From positions 1-59,383 of the forward strand of contig USFF01000004.1 in assembly GCA_900553835.1 (NCBI GenBank): DNA of 59,383 nt, read 5' to 3'. Position numbers and translations under genes: made by a program. Shown piece by piece: positions 18,149-27,284 of this stretch. Numbering within the stretch: position 1 is the stretch's first letter; each line of letters opens with the position of its first letter. The notes under the pieces are model-generated. The model was not told the DNA's origin. It searched no databases and saw nothing but the letters and a program-made list of their open reading frames with translations. Origin of the DNA: an uncultured Mycoplasmatota bacterium (GTDB lineage: Bacteria; Bacillota_I; Bacilli_A; RF39; UBA660).

Positions 18149-18757
18149 TTAATGTTTATCGTTAATATTTTTACCAGTTATTTCATTTTTAGTTAAATAA
18201 TTGTAGAATATTTTCATCATCATATGATCAAAAGTCATATGTATGTCTTCATCTATTTGCATATCACATTCGTCTACATGCATCTTATAATCTGCTAATT
18301 CTTTTAATTTGCCACCTTTATAACCAGTAATTCCTACAACTTTAGCTCCACATTCTTTAGCATATACGGCTGCGTTTACTACATTTTTGGAATTACCACT
18401 TCCACTTATGCCAATAAATAAATCATTACTAGTGATTTTATTTAATAAAGGGAATCTAAATACCTCTTCATAACCAATATCATTTGCAACTGCCATCATT
18501 GTTGAAACATTGTCATTTAAGCAATAGAAGTTAAATTTCTTATCAGTATATTCACTTATTCCTTTATTAAAATCATTTTGCATATGACTTGCAGTAGAAG
18601 CACTTCCACCATTACCACATACGTAGATGGTTCCGCCATTTTCATATGTTTTTAATAAAGCGTTCATAGCTTCATTAATTTCATCTAAATTCAAATTTTT
18701 TATAACCTTAATTTCTCTCTCATAATATTCATTAATAGCATTTTTAAAATCTATCAT
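18149..18757 (-). CDS. gmhA: D-sedoheptulose-7-phosphate isomerase (SIS domain)
   Basis: VCGNGGSASTASHMQNDF and GISGSGNSKNV SIS motifs; 202 aa. Its start overlaps the upstream stop in an ATGA arrangement, and it sits among heptose-pathway genes. Confidence 0.8.
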   Translation of the reverse strand: MIDFKNAINEYYEREIKVIKNLNLDEINEAMNALLKTYENGGTIYVCGNGGSASTASHMQNDFNKGISEYTDKKFNFYCLNDNVSTMMAVANDIGYEEVFRFPLLNKITSNDLFIGISGSGNSKNVVNAAVYAKECGAKVVGITGYKGGKLKELADYKMHVDECDMQIDEDIHMTFDHMMMKIFYNYLTKNEITGKNINDKH

Positions 18758-20076
18758 AAACTTTTACCTCTTTCTTTAATTAATATTTTATTTATAGCAT
18801 CTAGTAAATCTTCTGCTATTATATCAGGATTTATTTCATACTTGCCATCTAATCCCTTTTGGCCTGTATTTACTAGAACACTTTTAATACCAGCATTCTC
18901 AGCCATTTTAATATCTAAAGTTGAATCTCCTATCATTATAGATTCATTTAAATCTATATTATAATCAATAGATGCTTTTTTTATCATACCTGTATTAGGT
19001 TTTCTACAATCGCACTTTATTTTAAGTTCAGGAACTTCTCCTTCAAAACCTTTATCCGGATGATGTGGACAATAATATAAACCATCTATATATGCTCCTT
19101 CATTACCTAAAAGTGTTTCCATATGTTTATGTATTTCACTCAAACTATCAAGTGTACATTCACCTCTAGCAATAATAGGCTGATTAGTAACAACAATACA
19201 TAAATATTCACTACTATTAATTTTTCTTATTGCTTCACTTACTCCAGGAATAAGTTTAAAGTTTTCTTTTTGAGATAAGAATGGTACATACTCATTTATA
19301 GTTCCATCTCTATCCAAAAAAATTGCTTTCTGCTTGTGAGATAAATTTCTATGCTCGCATAAACCATTTGAATAATCTTCATTAACAGCATTAAATCTTT
19401 CAGGTGTACCCATATCTTTTACATATTCGGTTGAATGATATGAATATACATTATCTCCACTTAAAATCATATTTGCTATTACATCTTTCTCTAATCCATA
19501 TTTCTTTGGCTCATTTACATAATCAAATATTTTAGTTGAAAAACAATATATTCCTGAGTTAACTAAATTATTATAATCATAATCTCTAGTATTATCTTTG
19601 GAATCAAAAGATAATACTTTACCCATTTCATTTACTACTACTAAATCACTGTCAAAAGGATGCGAATTAGGATGTGTAAGTAAAGTAGCATCAGATTTTT
19701 TTTCTTTATGATACTTAATCATGCGATTAAAATCTACACTTAAAAAAACATCTCCAAAAATTAGTATAAAGTCCTCATTAATTTTATCTTTTAGATAGTA
19801 TAAAGAACCAGCCGTTCCTAAAGGTTTATCCGGATTTTCTTCATAATATGAAATGTTAATTCCAATATTATCTCCATTTTCGAAATATTCTTTAATTTTA
19901 TTACCTAAATGTCCTGTAACGATGATTACTTCATTTACACCACTTTTCTTCAAACAATCAATTTGATGTTCAAGTATTGGTTTATTACCTACCGTTAACA
20001 TAGGTTTAGGTATCTCATCATTAGTTATAGAAGAAATTCTAGTTCCCTTACCTCCAGCCATTATAACTGCCTTCAA
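18754..20076 (-). CDS. Bifunctional D-glycero-alpha-D-manno-heptose-1-phosphate guanylyltransferase / D,D-heptose-1,7-bisphosphate phosphatase (HddC-GmhB fusion)
   Basis: The N-terminal nucleotidyltransferase shows IMAGGKGTRI ... KPMLTVGNKPILE. The C-terminal HAD-IIIA domain shows FLDRDGTIN, CPHHPD...CDCRKPNTGM (Zn site) and MIGDSTLD. Confidence 0.8.
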   Translation of the reverse strand: MKAVIMAGGKGTRISSITNDEIPKPMLTVGNKPILEHQIDCLKKSGVNEVIIVTGHLGNKIKEYFENGDNIGINISYYEENPDKPLGTAGSLYYLKDKINEDFILIFGDVFLSVDFNRMIKYHKEKKSDATLLTHPNSHPFDSDLVVVNEMGKVLSFDSKDNTRDYDYNNLVNSGIYCFSTKIFDYVNEPKKYGLEKDVIANMILSGDNVYSYHSTEYVKDMGTPERFNAVNEDYSNGLCEHRNLSHKQKAIFLDRDGTINEYVPFLSQKENFKLIPGVSEAIRKINSSEYLCIVVTNQPIIARGECTLDSLSEIHKHMETLLGNEGAYIDGLYYCPHHPDKGFEGEVPELKIKCDCRKPNTGMIKKASIDYNIDLNESIMIGDSTLDIKMAENAGIKSVLVNTGQKGLDGKYEINPDIIAEDLLDAINKILIKERGKSL

Positions 20077-20184
20077 TAACTACACCTCACTTTTCTACAT
20101 AATAATTTTAACAAATATTTACAGATAAGTAAACTAAATCAATAGAAAAAATTGCCTTTATAAGCAATTTTCTATAAAAAATGT

Positions 20185-21132
20185 CTAATTATGCTCTTTT
20201 ATATATCTAGCAGTATCTCTAACAGACTCATCAGAAGTATGTTTTGCACTCCAACCTTTATCATGTATTTTACTTAAATCATACTGAAATTTAGGAACAT
20301 CACCTTTCCAACCAATATTACCACCAGTATAATTATACTTAACATTACTATAACCAAGTTCTTCACAAACTATATTAGCAATTGTTGTAACACTGGTTGC
20401 AGTTTCAACACCTGCATTATAAACTTCTACACCCTTCTTAATATCCATATCTAATGTAAACATAGTTATTGCTTCCACTAAATCAGTTACATATAAGTAA
20501 GGTTTAGTTTGAGTTCCATCTCCTAATATTTCAAGTTCATTTGGATTATTTCTAAGTTTTTTTACGAAATCATAAATAACACCATGAGTTAAATTAGGTC
20601 CAATTACGTTTGGAAATCTAAATATAACTGTATTTAAATCATTCATAAATGTATATGATGAAATAAATCCTTCACTTGCATACTTTGCTCCCCCATAATA
20701 TGATATAGGTTTTAAGTCACCTAAATTTTCTGTTAATAACATTTGTTTATCACCATAGATAGCAGATGTTGATGAAAAGAACAAGTTTTTAATATTGTTT
20801 CTCCTCATTAATTCAAGAACACTATAAGTAGTCATAAAAGTATCATTAAAGTCAACACTAGGCATTCTTCCTCCCTTTTGAATATCCGAATTTGCTGCTA
20901 AATGATAAACTATATCAAACTTTTCATCTTTTAGTGTATCACAAAAATTTTCAGTATCTTCAATATTAATGTTATAGAATTTATAATTAGCGTTTTCACT
21001 AAAACAATCAACATTTTCTTTATGTCCTAGTGTAAAATTATCAACTACAACTACTTCTAAACCTCTTTCTAATAAATTTCTTACTAAATGAGTACCGATA
21101 AATCCGGCACCTCCTGTTACTAATGCTTTCAC
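20185..21132 (-). CDS. NAD-dependent sugar-nucleotide epimerase/dehydratase (extended SDR)
   Basis: VTGGAGFIGTHL Rossmann motif and the YGGAKYASE (YxxxK) catalytic motif; 315 aa. Confidence 0.85.
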   Translation of the reverse strand: MKALVTGGAGFIGTHLVRNLLERGLEVVVVDNFTLGHKENVDCFSENANYKFYNINIEDTENFCDTLKDEKFDIVYHLAANSDIQKGGRMPSVDFNDTFMTTYSVLELMRRNNIKNLFFSSTSAIYGDKQMLLTENLGDLKPISYYGGAKYASEGFISSYTFMNDLNTVIFRFPNVIGPNLTHGVIYDFVKKLRNNPNELEILGDGTQTKPYLYVTDLVEAITMFTLDMDIKKGVEVYNAGVETATSVTTIANIVCEELGYSNVKYNYTGGNIGWKGDVPKFQYDLSKIHDKGWSAKHTSDESVRDTARYIKEHN

Positions 21133-21143
21133 TATTACTCCTC

Positions 21144-22121
21144 CTAATTTACAAATATTACTGTAGTACCTTGATGATCAAATTTAAATTCCATTTCAGG
21201 TAATTCTTTCATTTCTTTTCTAAAGTTTTCTTGTTTTTCTTCTGGTACATAGAATAAGAAGAAACCACTTCCACCAGCACCTAAAAGTTTACCACCAGTA
21301 GCACCAGCTTTTATACCCATTTCATACCACTTGTCAAACTGTGGGTTACTAATTCCAGATGCTAAAGTTCTTTTAATTTTCCAGTTTTCATCAAGTATTT
21401 TTCCTACAGCATCTATATTGTTGTGTTCAAGTTCATATTTCAAATCATAAGTCATTTCCATTATTTTCTTTTGACCCTCTTCTTTATCTTGAGCACTAAC
21501 AATGTTTTTTGATTGTTCTTCTAGTATTTCTGATGCTTTATGTTCACCACCAACATAAAGCATAATTAAATTCTTTTCAAGTTGTTTAAATGCTTCCTGG
21601 TCCATTAAGACTGGCTCAACATCTACTGATCCATCCTTGTTAAATTTGTAAAAATTAAGCCCACCAAAAGCAGCAGCATACTGATCTTGTTTACCATTTG
21701 TGGTATGTACTATATTATTTTCCATATTACATGCTGATGCAGCCACATCCGCTTTTGAAATATATTCTCTTTTGTAGCATTTCAAGTTTTTAATTAATCC
21801 GACTGTGAATGAACTTGAAGAACCAAGCCCAGTACCTGATGGTACATCTGCAATAGAAGTAATTTCTAGTCCTTGTAAATTCTCTTGTTTTAAACATTCT
21901 CTAAAAATATTATGTTCAATATCATTAATATCATGGACAGTTTCAGTTTTAGAGTATTTAAGTACTGTTGTATCTTTATCAAATGATGGATGTGATGTTA
22001 TATACATATATTTATTAATAGTAGTGCTAAGTACACATCCTCCATGTTTCTCATAAAATGACTTAATATCACTTCCTCCACCACATAAACTAACTCTAAA
22101 AGGTGTTCTAGTTATAACCAT
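21144..22121 (-). CDS. hddA: GHMP-family sugar kinase, probable D-glycero-alpha-D-manno-heptose-7-phosphate kinase
   Basis: TPFRVSLCGGGSDI N-terminus and the GHMP motif PSGTGLGSSSSF; 325 aa. It lies in context with gmhA and hddC-gmhB. Confidence 0.75.
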   Translation of the reverse strand: MVITRTPFRVSLCGGGSDIKSFYEKHGGCVLSTTINKYMYITSHPSFDKDTTVLKYSKTETVHDINDIEHNIFRECLKQENLQGLEITSIADVPSGTGLGSSSSFTVGLIKNLKCYKREYISKADVAASACNMENNIVHTTNGKQDQYAAAFGGLNFYKFNKDGSVDVEPVLMDQEAFKQLEKNLIMLYVGGEHKASEILEEQSKNIVSAQDKEEGQKKIMEMTYDLKYELEHNNIDAVGKILDENWKIKRTLASGISNPQFDKWYEMGIKAGATGGKLLGAGGSGFFLFYVPEEKQENFRKEMKELPEMEFKFDHQGTTVIFVN

Positions 22122-22125
22122 AATT

Positions 22126-22887
22126 TCACTCCCTTCCTTTTTTGGTTATATTTTGTTTTTCATAATATGCCTTACATACATTTTTAGTATCGCCTATCAT
22201 AACAATCTCTCCATGGTCAAGCCATACAACCTTATTACATAATTCTTCTATAGATTCAAGTGAATGTGAAACGTATAAAACGGTTGTTCCGCCTTTAATC
22301 ATTGACATCATTTTATTTTTACTTTTTTCTTGAAACTTAATATCTCCAACTGATAAAATTTCATCAACAATTAAAATTTCTGGGTCCACAACAGTAGATA
22401 TAGAAAATGCAAGTTTAGCAACCATACCAGAAGAAAAATTCTTAACAGGTACATCTAAAAAATCTTTCAGTTCTGAAAAATCTACTATTTCATTAAATTT
22501 AGAATCTATAAATTCCTTACTATATCCTAAAATTGCTCCGTTTAGATAAATATTTTCTCTGGCTGTTAATTCTCCATCAAATCCAGCACCTAATTCAATC
22601 ATAGGTGATATTGCTCCGTTAACAGTTACAGTTCCTTCAGTAGGTTTCATAACGCCACTTACAACTTTAAGCAAGGTACTTTTACCAGCTCCATTAGAAC
22701 CAATTAAACCTACAACATCTCCTCTATCTACATGAAAACTTACATGTCTTAATGCCCAAAAATCACTTTTCTTTTTTCTTTTCGATTTATCAAATAAACT
22801 TATAAAAACCATTTTAAATGAATTATCTTTTTCGACTCCGAGGTTAAACCTCATTCCAACATTATTTAAATATATCATATTCTTCAC
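22126..22887 (-). CDS. Polysaccharide/teichoic-acid export ABC transporter ATP-binding protein (TagH/Wzt-like, no C-terminal carbohydrate-binding domain)
   Basis: Walker A GSNGAGKST, signature FSSGMVAKLAFS and Walker B ILIVDEILSVGD; 253 aa. Confidence 0.85.
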   Translation of the reverse strand: MKNMIYLNNVGMRFNLGVEKDNSFKMVFISLFDKSKRKKKSDFWALRHVSFHVDRGDVVGLIGSNGAGKSTLLKVVSGVMKPTEGTVTVNGAISPMIELGAGFDGELTARENIYLNGAILGYSKEFIDSKFNEIVDFSELKDFLDVPVKNFSSGMVAKLAFSISTVVDPEILIVDEILSVGDIKFQEKSKNKMMSMIKGGTTVLYVSHSLESIEELCNKVVWLDHGEIVMIGDTKNVCKAYYEKQNITKKGRE

Positions 22888-22889
22888 CC

Positions 22890-23705
22890 CTACATATAAT
22901 AAACAAATTTATCTTGTCTTTTTCTAAAAATATGTAATCCTATAAACAACATTAATGCTCCGCTTGCAAGACATGCTAATAAATATACTAAAGATGGTGG
23001 TGTTGAATATAATAATATTTCCCTTGAAGCATTAATATATAGATAAAGCGGATTTAATTTAAAGATTGTTTGAAGTTTTTCAGGTAATATAGTTAAACTA
23101 TAAAACAATGGTGTAAAATAGTTGAGTATAGTAAGCATTATACCCCACATATAAATCATATCTCTTAAAAATACCGAAACTGTTGCAAGTATATAACCAA
23201 CACCTACAGTAAACATAAATGCACATAAGTATATAAATGGTAATAATAAATAATAAATATTAATGTAGCATTTAGTCCCATCAGCAACACTTCCTGAAAA
23301 CCATGTTATTAAAAATAACGGAATTAAAGTAAACAAGAAATTAATTCCCGCAAACAAACATTTAGCTATAGGGAAAATATATTTTGGAATGTACACCTTA
23401 TTAATTAATGATGAATTACCTATAATCGCAGCCATTGCATTATTAGTAGCATCACTAAAATAATTAAACACAACAAGCCCGCTCATCAAATAAACTAAAT
23501 AATTAACACCTTCCATACTAAATTTAAACATATTTGAAAATACAATAGCCATTACCATCATCATTAGTAATGGATAAAGCACACTCCATAGTACTCCAAG
23601 TACACTTCTTTTATATTTAACTTTAAAATCTCTAATAACTAATTGAGATAATAAAAATTTATACTTTTTAACATTATACATTATATTTTTAAAAGTCTTT
23701 GTCAT
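22890..23705 (-). CDS. ABC-2 type polysaccharide export permease (TagG/Wzm-like)
   Basis: 271 aa with six TM segments. The N-terminal block LVIRDFKVKYKRSVLGVLWSVL is typical of ABC-2 permeases. It lies directly upstream of the ATPase. Confidence 0.85.
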   Translation of the reverse strand: MTKTFKNIMYNVKKYKFLLSQLVIRDFKVKYKRSVLGVLWSVLYPLLMMMVMAIVFSNMFKFSMEGVNYLVYLMSGLVVFNYFSDATNNAMAAIIGNSSLINKVYIPKYIFPIAKCLFAGINFLFTLIPLFLITWFSGSVADGTKCYINIYYLLLPFIYLCAFMFTVGVGYILATVSVFLRDMIYMWGIMLTILNYFTPLFYSLTILPEKLQTIFKLNPLYLYINASREILLYSTPPSLVYLLACLASGALMLFIGLHIFRKRQDKFVYYM

Positions 23706-23808
23706 TGCTCCTCCATATCACATATATAATTATAGCATGTAAAATACCAAAATGCTATACATTAAAGTTCTCTTTATACTTTTATATTCATAATAATTAA
23801 ACGCAAAA

Positions 23809-23843
23809 ATACTATTACAAGCCACTTTACTTTGTAATAGTAT
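23809..23843. promoter_or_regulatory. Perfect 12 bp inverted repeat in the leader of the export and heptose operon (operator or attenuator candidate)
   Basis: atactattacaa (23809-23820) and ttgtaatagtat (23832-23843), separated by 11 nt, lie about 100-140 nt upstream of the tagG-like start. On the minus strand the hairpin is followed by ttttgcgttt. Confidence 0.3.
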
Positions 23844-24257
23844 GCACTATAAATCATTTTTTATTAATTCTAAATATACTGATTTTCTTTTAATCTTATT
23901 ATAATAAGTCAGCCAAAATGTAAAATATCTTTTTCGTTTTATTATAGCCTGTAAATATTTAAAATGGATATTAGCAAATAATAGTTAAAAAAATTAAACT
24001 AAAATATCGTAGCGATTAGAATTTTACAAAAAGTTTTTGAAAATATAATAATCACAAAATACTAAAATGATGTTGCAAATTTATTTAATGGTATTAGGAG
24101 AAGATGTATCTTGATATGGCAGACTTATCAAGGCAATTATTTGTAATATTGAAACAAAACAGGAATAAACATATTACAATATCCAGGATAGGTAGAATTG
24201 CTGATGCACTTGAAATAAAAATGAAAGACCTATTCGAAAAGAATAAGTCTTTTTTAT

Positions 24258-24893
24258 TTAAAACATTTTTAGTAAAACTACAATTACAGATATTATTCCA
24301 AGTATAGCAAGAGCTGCTTTTTCTCTACTAGAAGGTTTTTTTAATTTAAAGGGACTAATAAATAAAATTCCTGTGATTAAAAGTGTAATAGGAAAAACAA
24401 TTTCTCGATATTCTTTACCTACTAAAAATGTTATAAAATAAACTAAAGGCACGATAATTGCACTTGCAGTTATAGGTAGTCCAATAAACTCTTTGCTACT
24501 ACCTTTTTTAGTAGTAGTTAGCATATTAAAATAGGCAAGTCTAATTATCCCAGCAATAGAAAAGAAAACACAGATAACATAAAGCCAAATACTATTAGGG
24601 CAAATATTTAGAGTTATCATCATTGGCAAGATTCCAAACGCAATTGCATCATTGAGAGAATCCAGTTCAATGCCGTAAACCTCATAGTCTTTTAAACTTT
24701 TAAATTTTCTGGCAACAACACCATCAAATGCATCACATATAGCCGAAAATATTAAACAAAATACTGCATACATTGTCTTACCGTTAACAGTAAGAATTAT
24801 CCCAGTTATAGCAGAAGCAGTCCCTGTCATAGTAACCCAGTCACATTTTCTATAAACACCAATAGGTTTTAATTTTTTCATAATACCACTCAT
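24258..24893 (-). CDS. CDP-alcohol phosphatidyltransferase, phosphatidylserine-synthase-like
   Basis: DAFDGVVARKFKSLKDYEVYGIELDSLNDAIAFG matches the D-x2-DG-x2-AR...G-x3-D-x3-D signature. The ELDSL form is the one seen in PssA-type enzymes. 211 aa, polytopic. Confidence 0.75.
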   Translation of the reverse strand: MSGIMKKLKPIGVYRKCDWVTMTGTASAITGIILTVNGKTMYAVFCLIFSAICDAFDGVVARKFKSLKDYEVYGIELDSLNDAIAFGILPMMITLNICPNSIWLYVICVFFSIAGIIRLAYFNMLTTTKKGSSKEFIGLPITASAIIVPLVYFITFLVGKEYREIVFPITLLITGILFISPFKLKKPSSREKAALAILGIISVIVVLLKMF

Positions 24894-24920
24894 TTCTATA
24901 AACCATTATATCAAAAAAAT

Positions 24921-26363
24921 CTATTTTAAAATAGACTTTTCATAATATTTAGAATTTTTTAATAATTCTCTTTCAAAAACATCTTTTCCAAGTTGTTCAG
25001 ACAAAGTGGCTTTATCACTAAATAGATTAGTTCCAAAACCAAGTTTATCATTTTCAATCTTTGCGCCAATACTAGCTAAAATAGTAGGATAAAAATCAAA
25101 GTTATTAAACTCACGATTTTTATTATTATTTGTATTTAGTTTGGAATTAATAAAAGCATTATAAATAGTTCTATCATAACTCTTATAATCTTTATAATAA
25201 GAATTTTGCATTGTTAAATGATCTCCTAATATAACTATAGTAGTATCTTGGTAGAAGTCTTGTGCCTTTAACCACTTTATAAATTCATTTGCCATTTTAG
25301 AAGCGCAAGAATAGACATTAGAAAGTTGATCATCGTATTTTATATCGCATGTTTCATCTAAATATCCGTTAGGAAAATGCGTGTCCATTGTAAACATTGT
25401 AACTGCAAAAGGTTTATCACTACTCGAAAGTTCTAATATTTCTTTTTTAGCAACATCATAAAGTTTCTTATCCTCTACTCCCCACCACTTAAGATAACCC
25501 TTTTCAATATAACCTTTCTCTGCCATCTTATTATAATCAACTATATCATAATTACCATGATATTTATAATATAAATCAGTTCCAGCAAACTCAATTTCTG
25601 TTCCTTGAATTATTTTAAGATTATAATTATTATCATAAAGAACATCTCCAAGTGTTTTAACATTTGGTAAAATCTTCCTCTTTTCACTATAACCCCTAAG
25701 TAAATTAATATCTATAGGAGTAGCGCTTGAAGAAGCAACTAAGGATGCCATAGTAAAACTAGATAATGTTGTATTTGAAGCACCACCCAGTTTATCAGTA
25801 TTAGAAAAATTAATATTTTCTAGTGCAATATTTTCAAGTTCTGGAATTCTAGACTTATCAAAAACACCGCCATTTTCTTTAGAAAAAAGCGAACTTTCCA
25901 TACTTTCAAGATATAATAATACTAAATTTCTTTTTTTCTTAGGAAAACTTACTTTAACCTTATTTGTATCAACATAGTATTTATCATATACATCTGTTTT
26001 TTTAGCTTTATTATAGATATAACTATCAGTTCTTGATACTCTAACTATTAAAAACAAACTAATAATAAACATAACGATAGCAAAAACAAACAAGAATTTA
26101 TCAAATATCATAGGTCTATACTTTTTAACAATTAAAAGAGTTAAAACAATAAAAATAACAATTAACAAAAATAGCCATAAGCAATTAAGAATAGCAGCGA
26201 AGATAACAGTACCATTGCCTGGACCCGATTTATCATTAGTAAAATAATAAACTAGTTCATAAAGATTTACTTCAATCAAAACTGCTTTAATATAGTAACA
26301 AGCACTGACAAGTAAACTAGAAATAAATAATAAAATATAAGACAAAATAGTCATAAACTTCAA
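24921..26363 (-). CDS. Sulfatase-family membrane phospho-alcohol transferase (LtaS/OpgB/GacH-like), paralogue of 4945..6492
   Basis: 480 aa with N-terminal TM bundle, then RNLVLLYLESMESSLF, SSFTMASLVASSSATP and IVILGDHLTM. It aligns along its length with the 515 aa paralogue. Confidence 0.75.
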   Translation of the reverse strand: MKFMTILSYILLFISSLLVSACYYIKAVLIEVNLYELVYYFTNDKSGPGNGTVIFAAILNCLWLFLLIVIFIVLTLLIVKKYRPMIFDKFLFVFAIVMFIISLFLIVRVSRTDSYIYNKAKKTDVYDKYYVDTNKVKVSFPKKKRNLVLLYLESMESSLFSKENGGVFDKSRIPELENIALENINFSNTDKLGGASNTTLSSFTMASLVASSSATPIDINLLRGYSEKRKILPNVKTLGDVLYDNNYNLKIIQGTEIEFAGTDLYYKYHGNYDIVDYNKMAEKGYIEKGYLKWWGVEDKKLYDVAKKEILELSSSDKPFAVTMFTMDTHFPNGYLDETCDIKYDDQLSNVYSCASKMANEFIKWLKAQDFYQDTTIVILGDHLTMQNSYYKDYKSYDRTIYNAFINSKLNTNNNKNREFNNFDFYPTILASIGAKIENDKLGFGTNLFSDKATLSEQLGKDVFERELLKNSKYYEKSILK

Positions 26364-26427
26364 CTTCCTTTGTTAATAATTATACTAAAGGAAGTTATAA
26401 TTGTCAAAAAAATAGAGAAACATTTCT

Positions 26428-27243
26428 CTATCCTAAACTAACATCAAGTATCATCATAATAACGAAACCAATTATAGTAAAAAAAGTTATTAAATTTTTA
26501 TTACTATTATTTTGACTCTCTGGTATTAATTCTCTTATGACAACAAATATCATAGCACCTGCGGCAAAGCATAGGAAAAACGGTAATATACTTTCAATTT
26601 TTATAACAAGTAATGCGCCTATTACGCCAGCAATCGGTTCTACGAATCCACTAAGCTGGCCTATAAAAAATGCTTTTTTCCTTGAATATCCTTCTCTTCT
26701 TAAAGGTAAACTAACAGCAGCACCTTCAGGGAAATTTTGAATACCAATACCAAGCGCAAACAAGAATGCACCCATTAAAAGAGGTTCAGTAAGGTTACCT
26801 TTAAGTCCTCCAAATGCAAGACCTACGGCTAATCCCTCTGGAATATTATGAACAGTAATACTGATTATTAACATTAATATCCTATTTAATTTACTTTTCC
26901 TTGCATTATCAAATTTTTTTGTAACTTTATTAACTATTTTATCGCTTAAAATAATTAATAAAGTACCACTAATAAACCCTAAAGAAGCTATAAGCCAAGG
27001 TATTTGACCCTTAAGAGCAGCTCTTTCAATACCTGGTTCTAATAAACTCCAAAAACTAGCAGCTATCATAACACCAGAAGCAACTCCTAACATAGAATCC
27101 ATCACGGTCTTATTAACTTTTTTAAAAAAAATAACTACAGCTGACCCTAGTAAAGTAAAAAGCCATGTCATTATAGTAGCATATAAAGCTAGTCTAACCG
27201 GGTCAATTGACATAAATTTATAAAGCATAAGTATCCACCTCAT
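26428..27243 (-). CDS. ZIP-family divalent metal (zinc) transporter, ZupT-like
   Basis: HNIPEGLAVGLAFGG and QNFPEGAAVSLPL motifs with 8 TM segments. The start codon is uncertain because there are several in-frame Met codons. Confidence 0.8.
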   Translation of the reverse strand: MRWILMLYKFMSIDPVRLALYATIMTWLFTLLGSAVVIFFKKVNKTVMDSMLGVASGVMIAASFWSLLEPGIERAALKGQIPWLIASLGFISGTLLIILSDKIVNKVTKKFDNARKSKLNRILMLIISITVHNIPEGLAVGLAFGGLKGNLTEPLLMGAFLFALGIGIQNFPEGAAVSLPLRREGYSRKKAFFIGQLSGFVEPIAGVIGALLVIKIESILPFFLCFAAGAMIFVVIRELIPESQNNSNKNLITFFTIIGFVIMMILDVSLG

Positions 27244-27284
27244 AGTATTCTATGATAAAATAAAACTAAAGCAATTGCTTTAGC

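Noticed and set aside
20130-20184. Hairpin gaaaattgc/gcaattttc after the SDR gene as an operon boundary.
   Set aside because: The stem has only two G-C pairs among A-U pairs, and the heptose-pathway genes continue on both sides. At best it is a weak pause site, so I did not list it as a feature.
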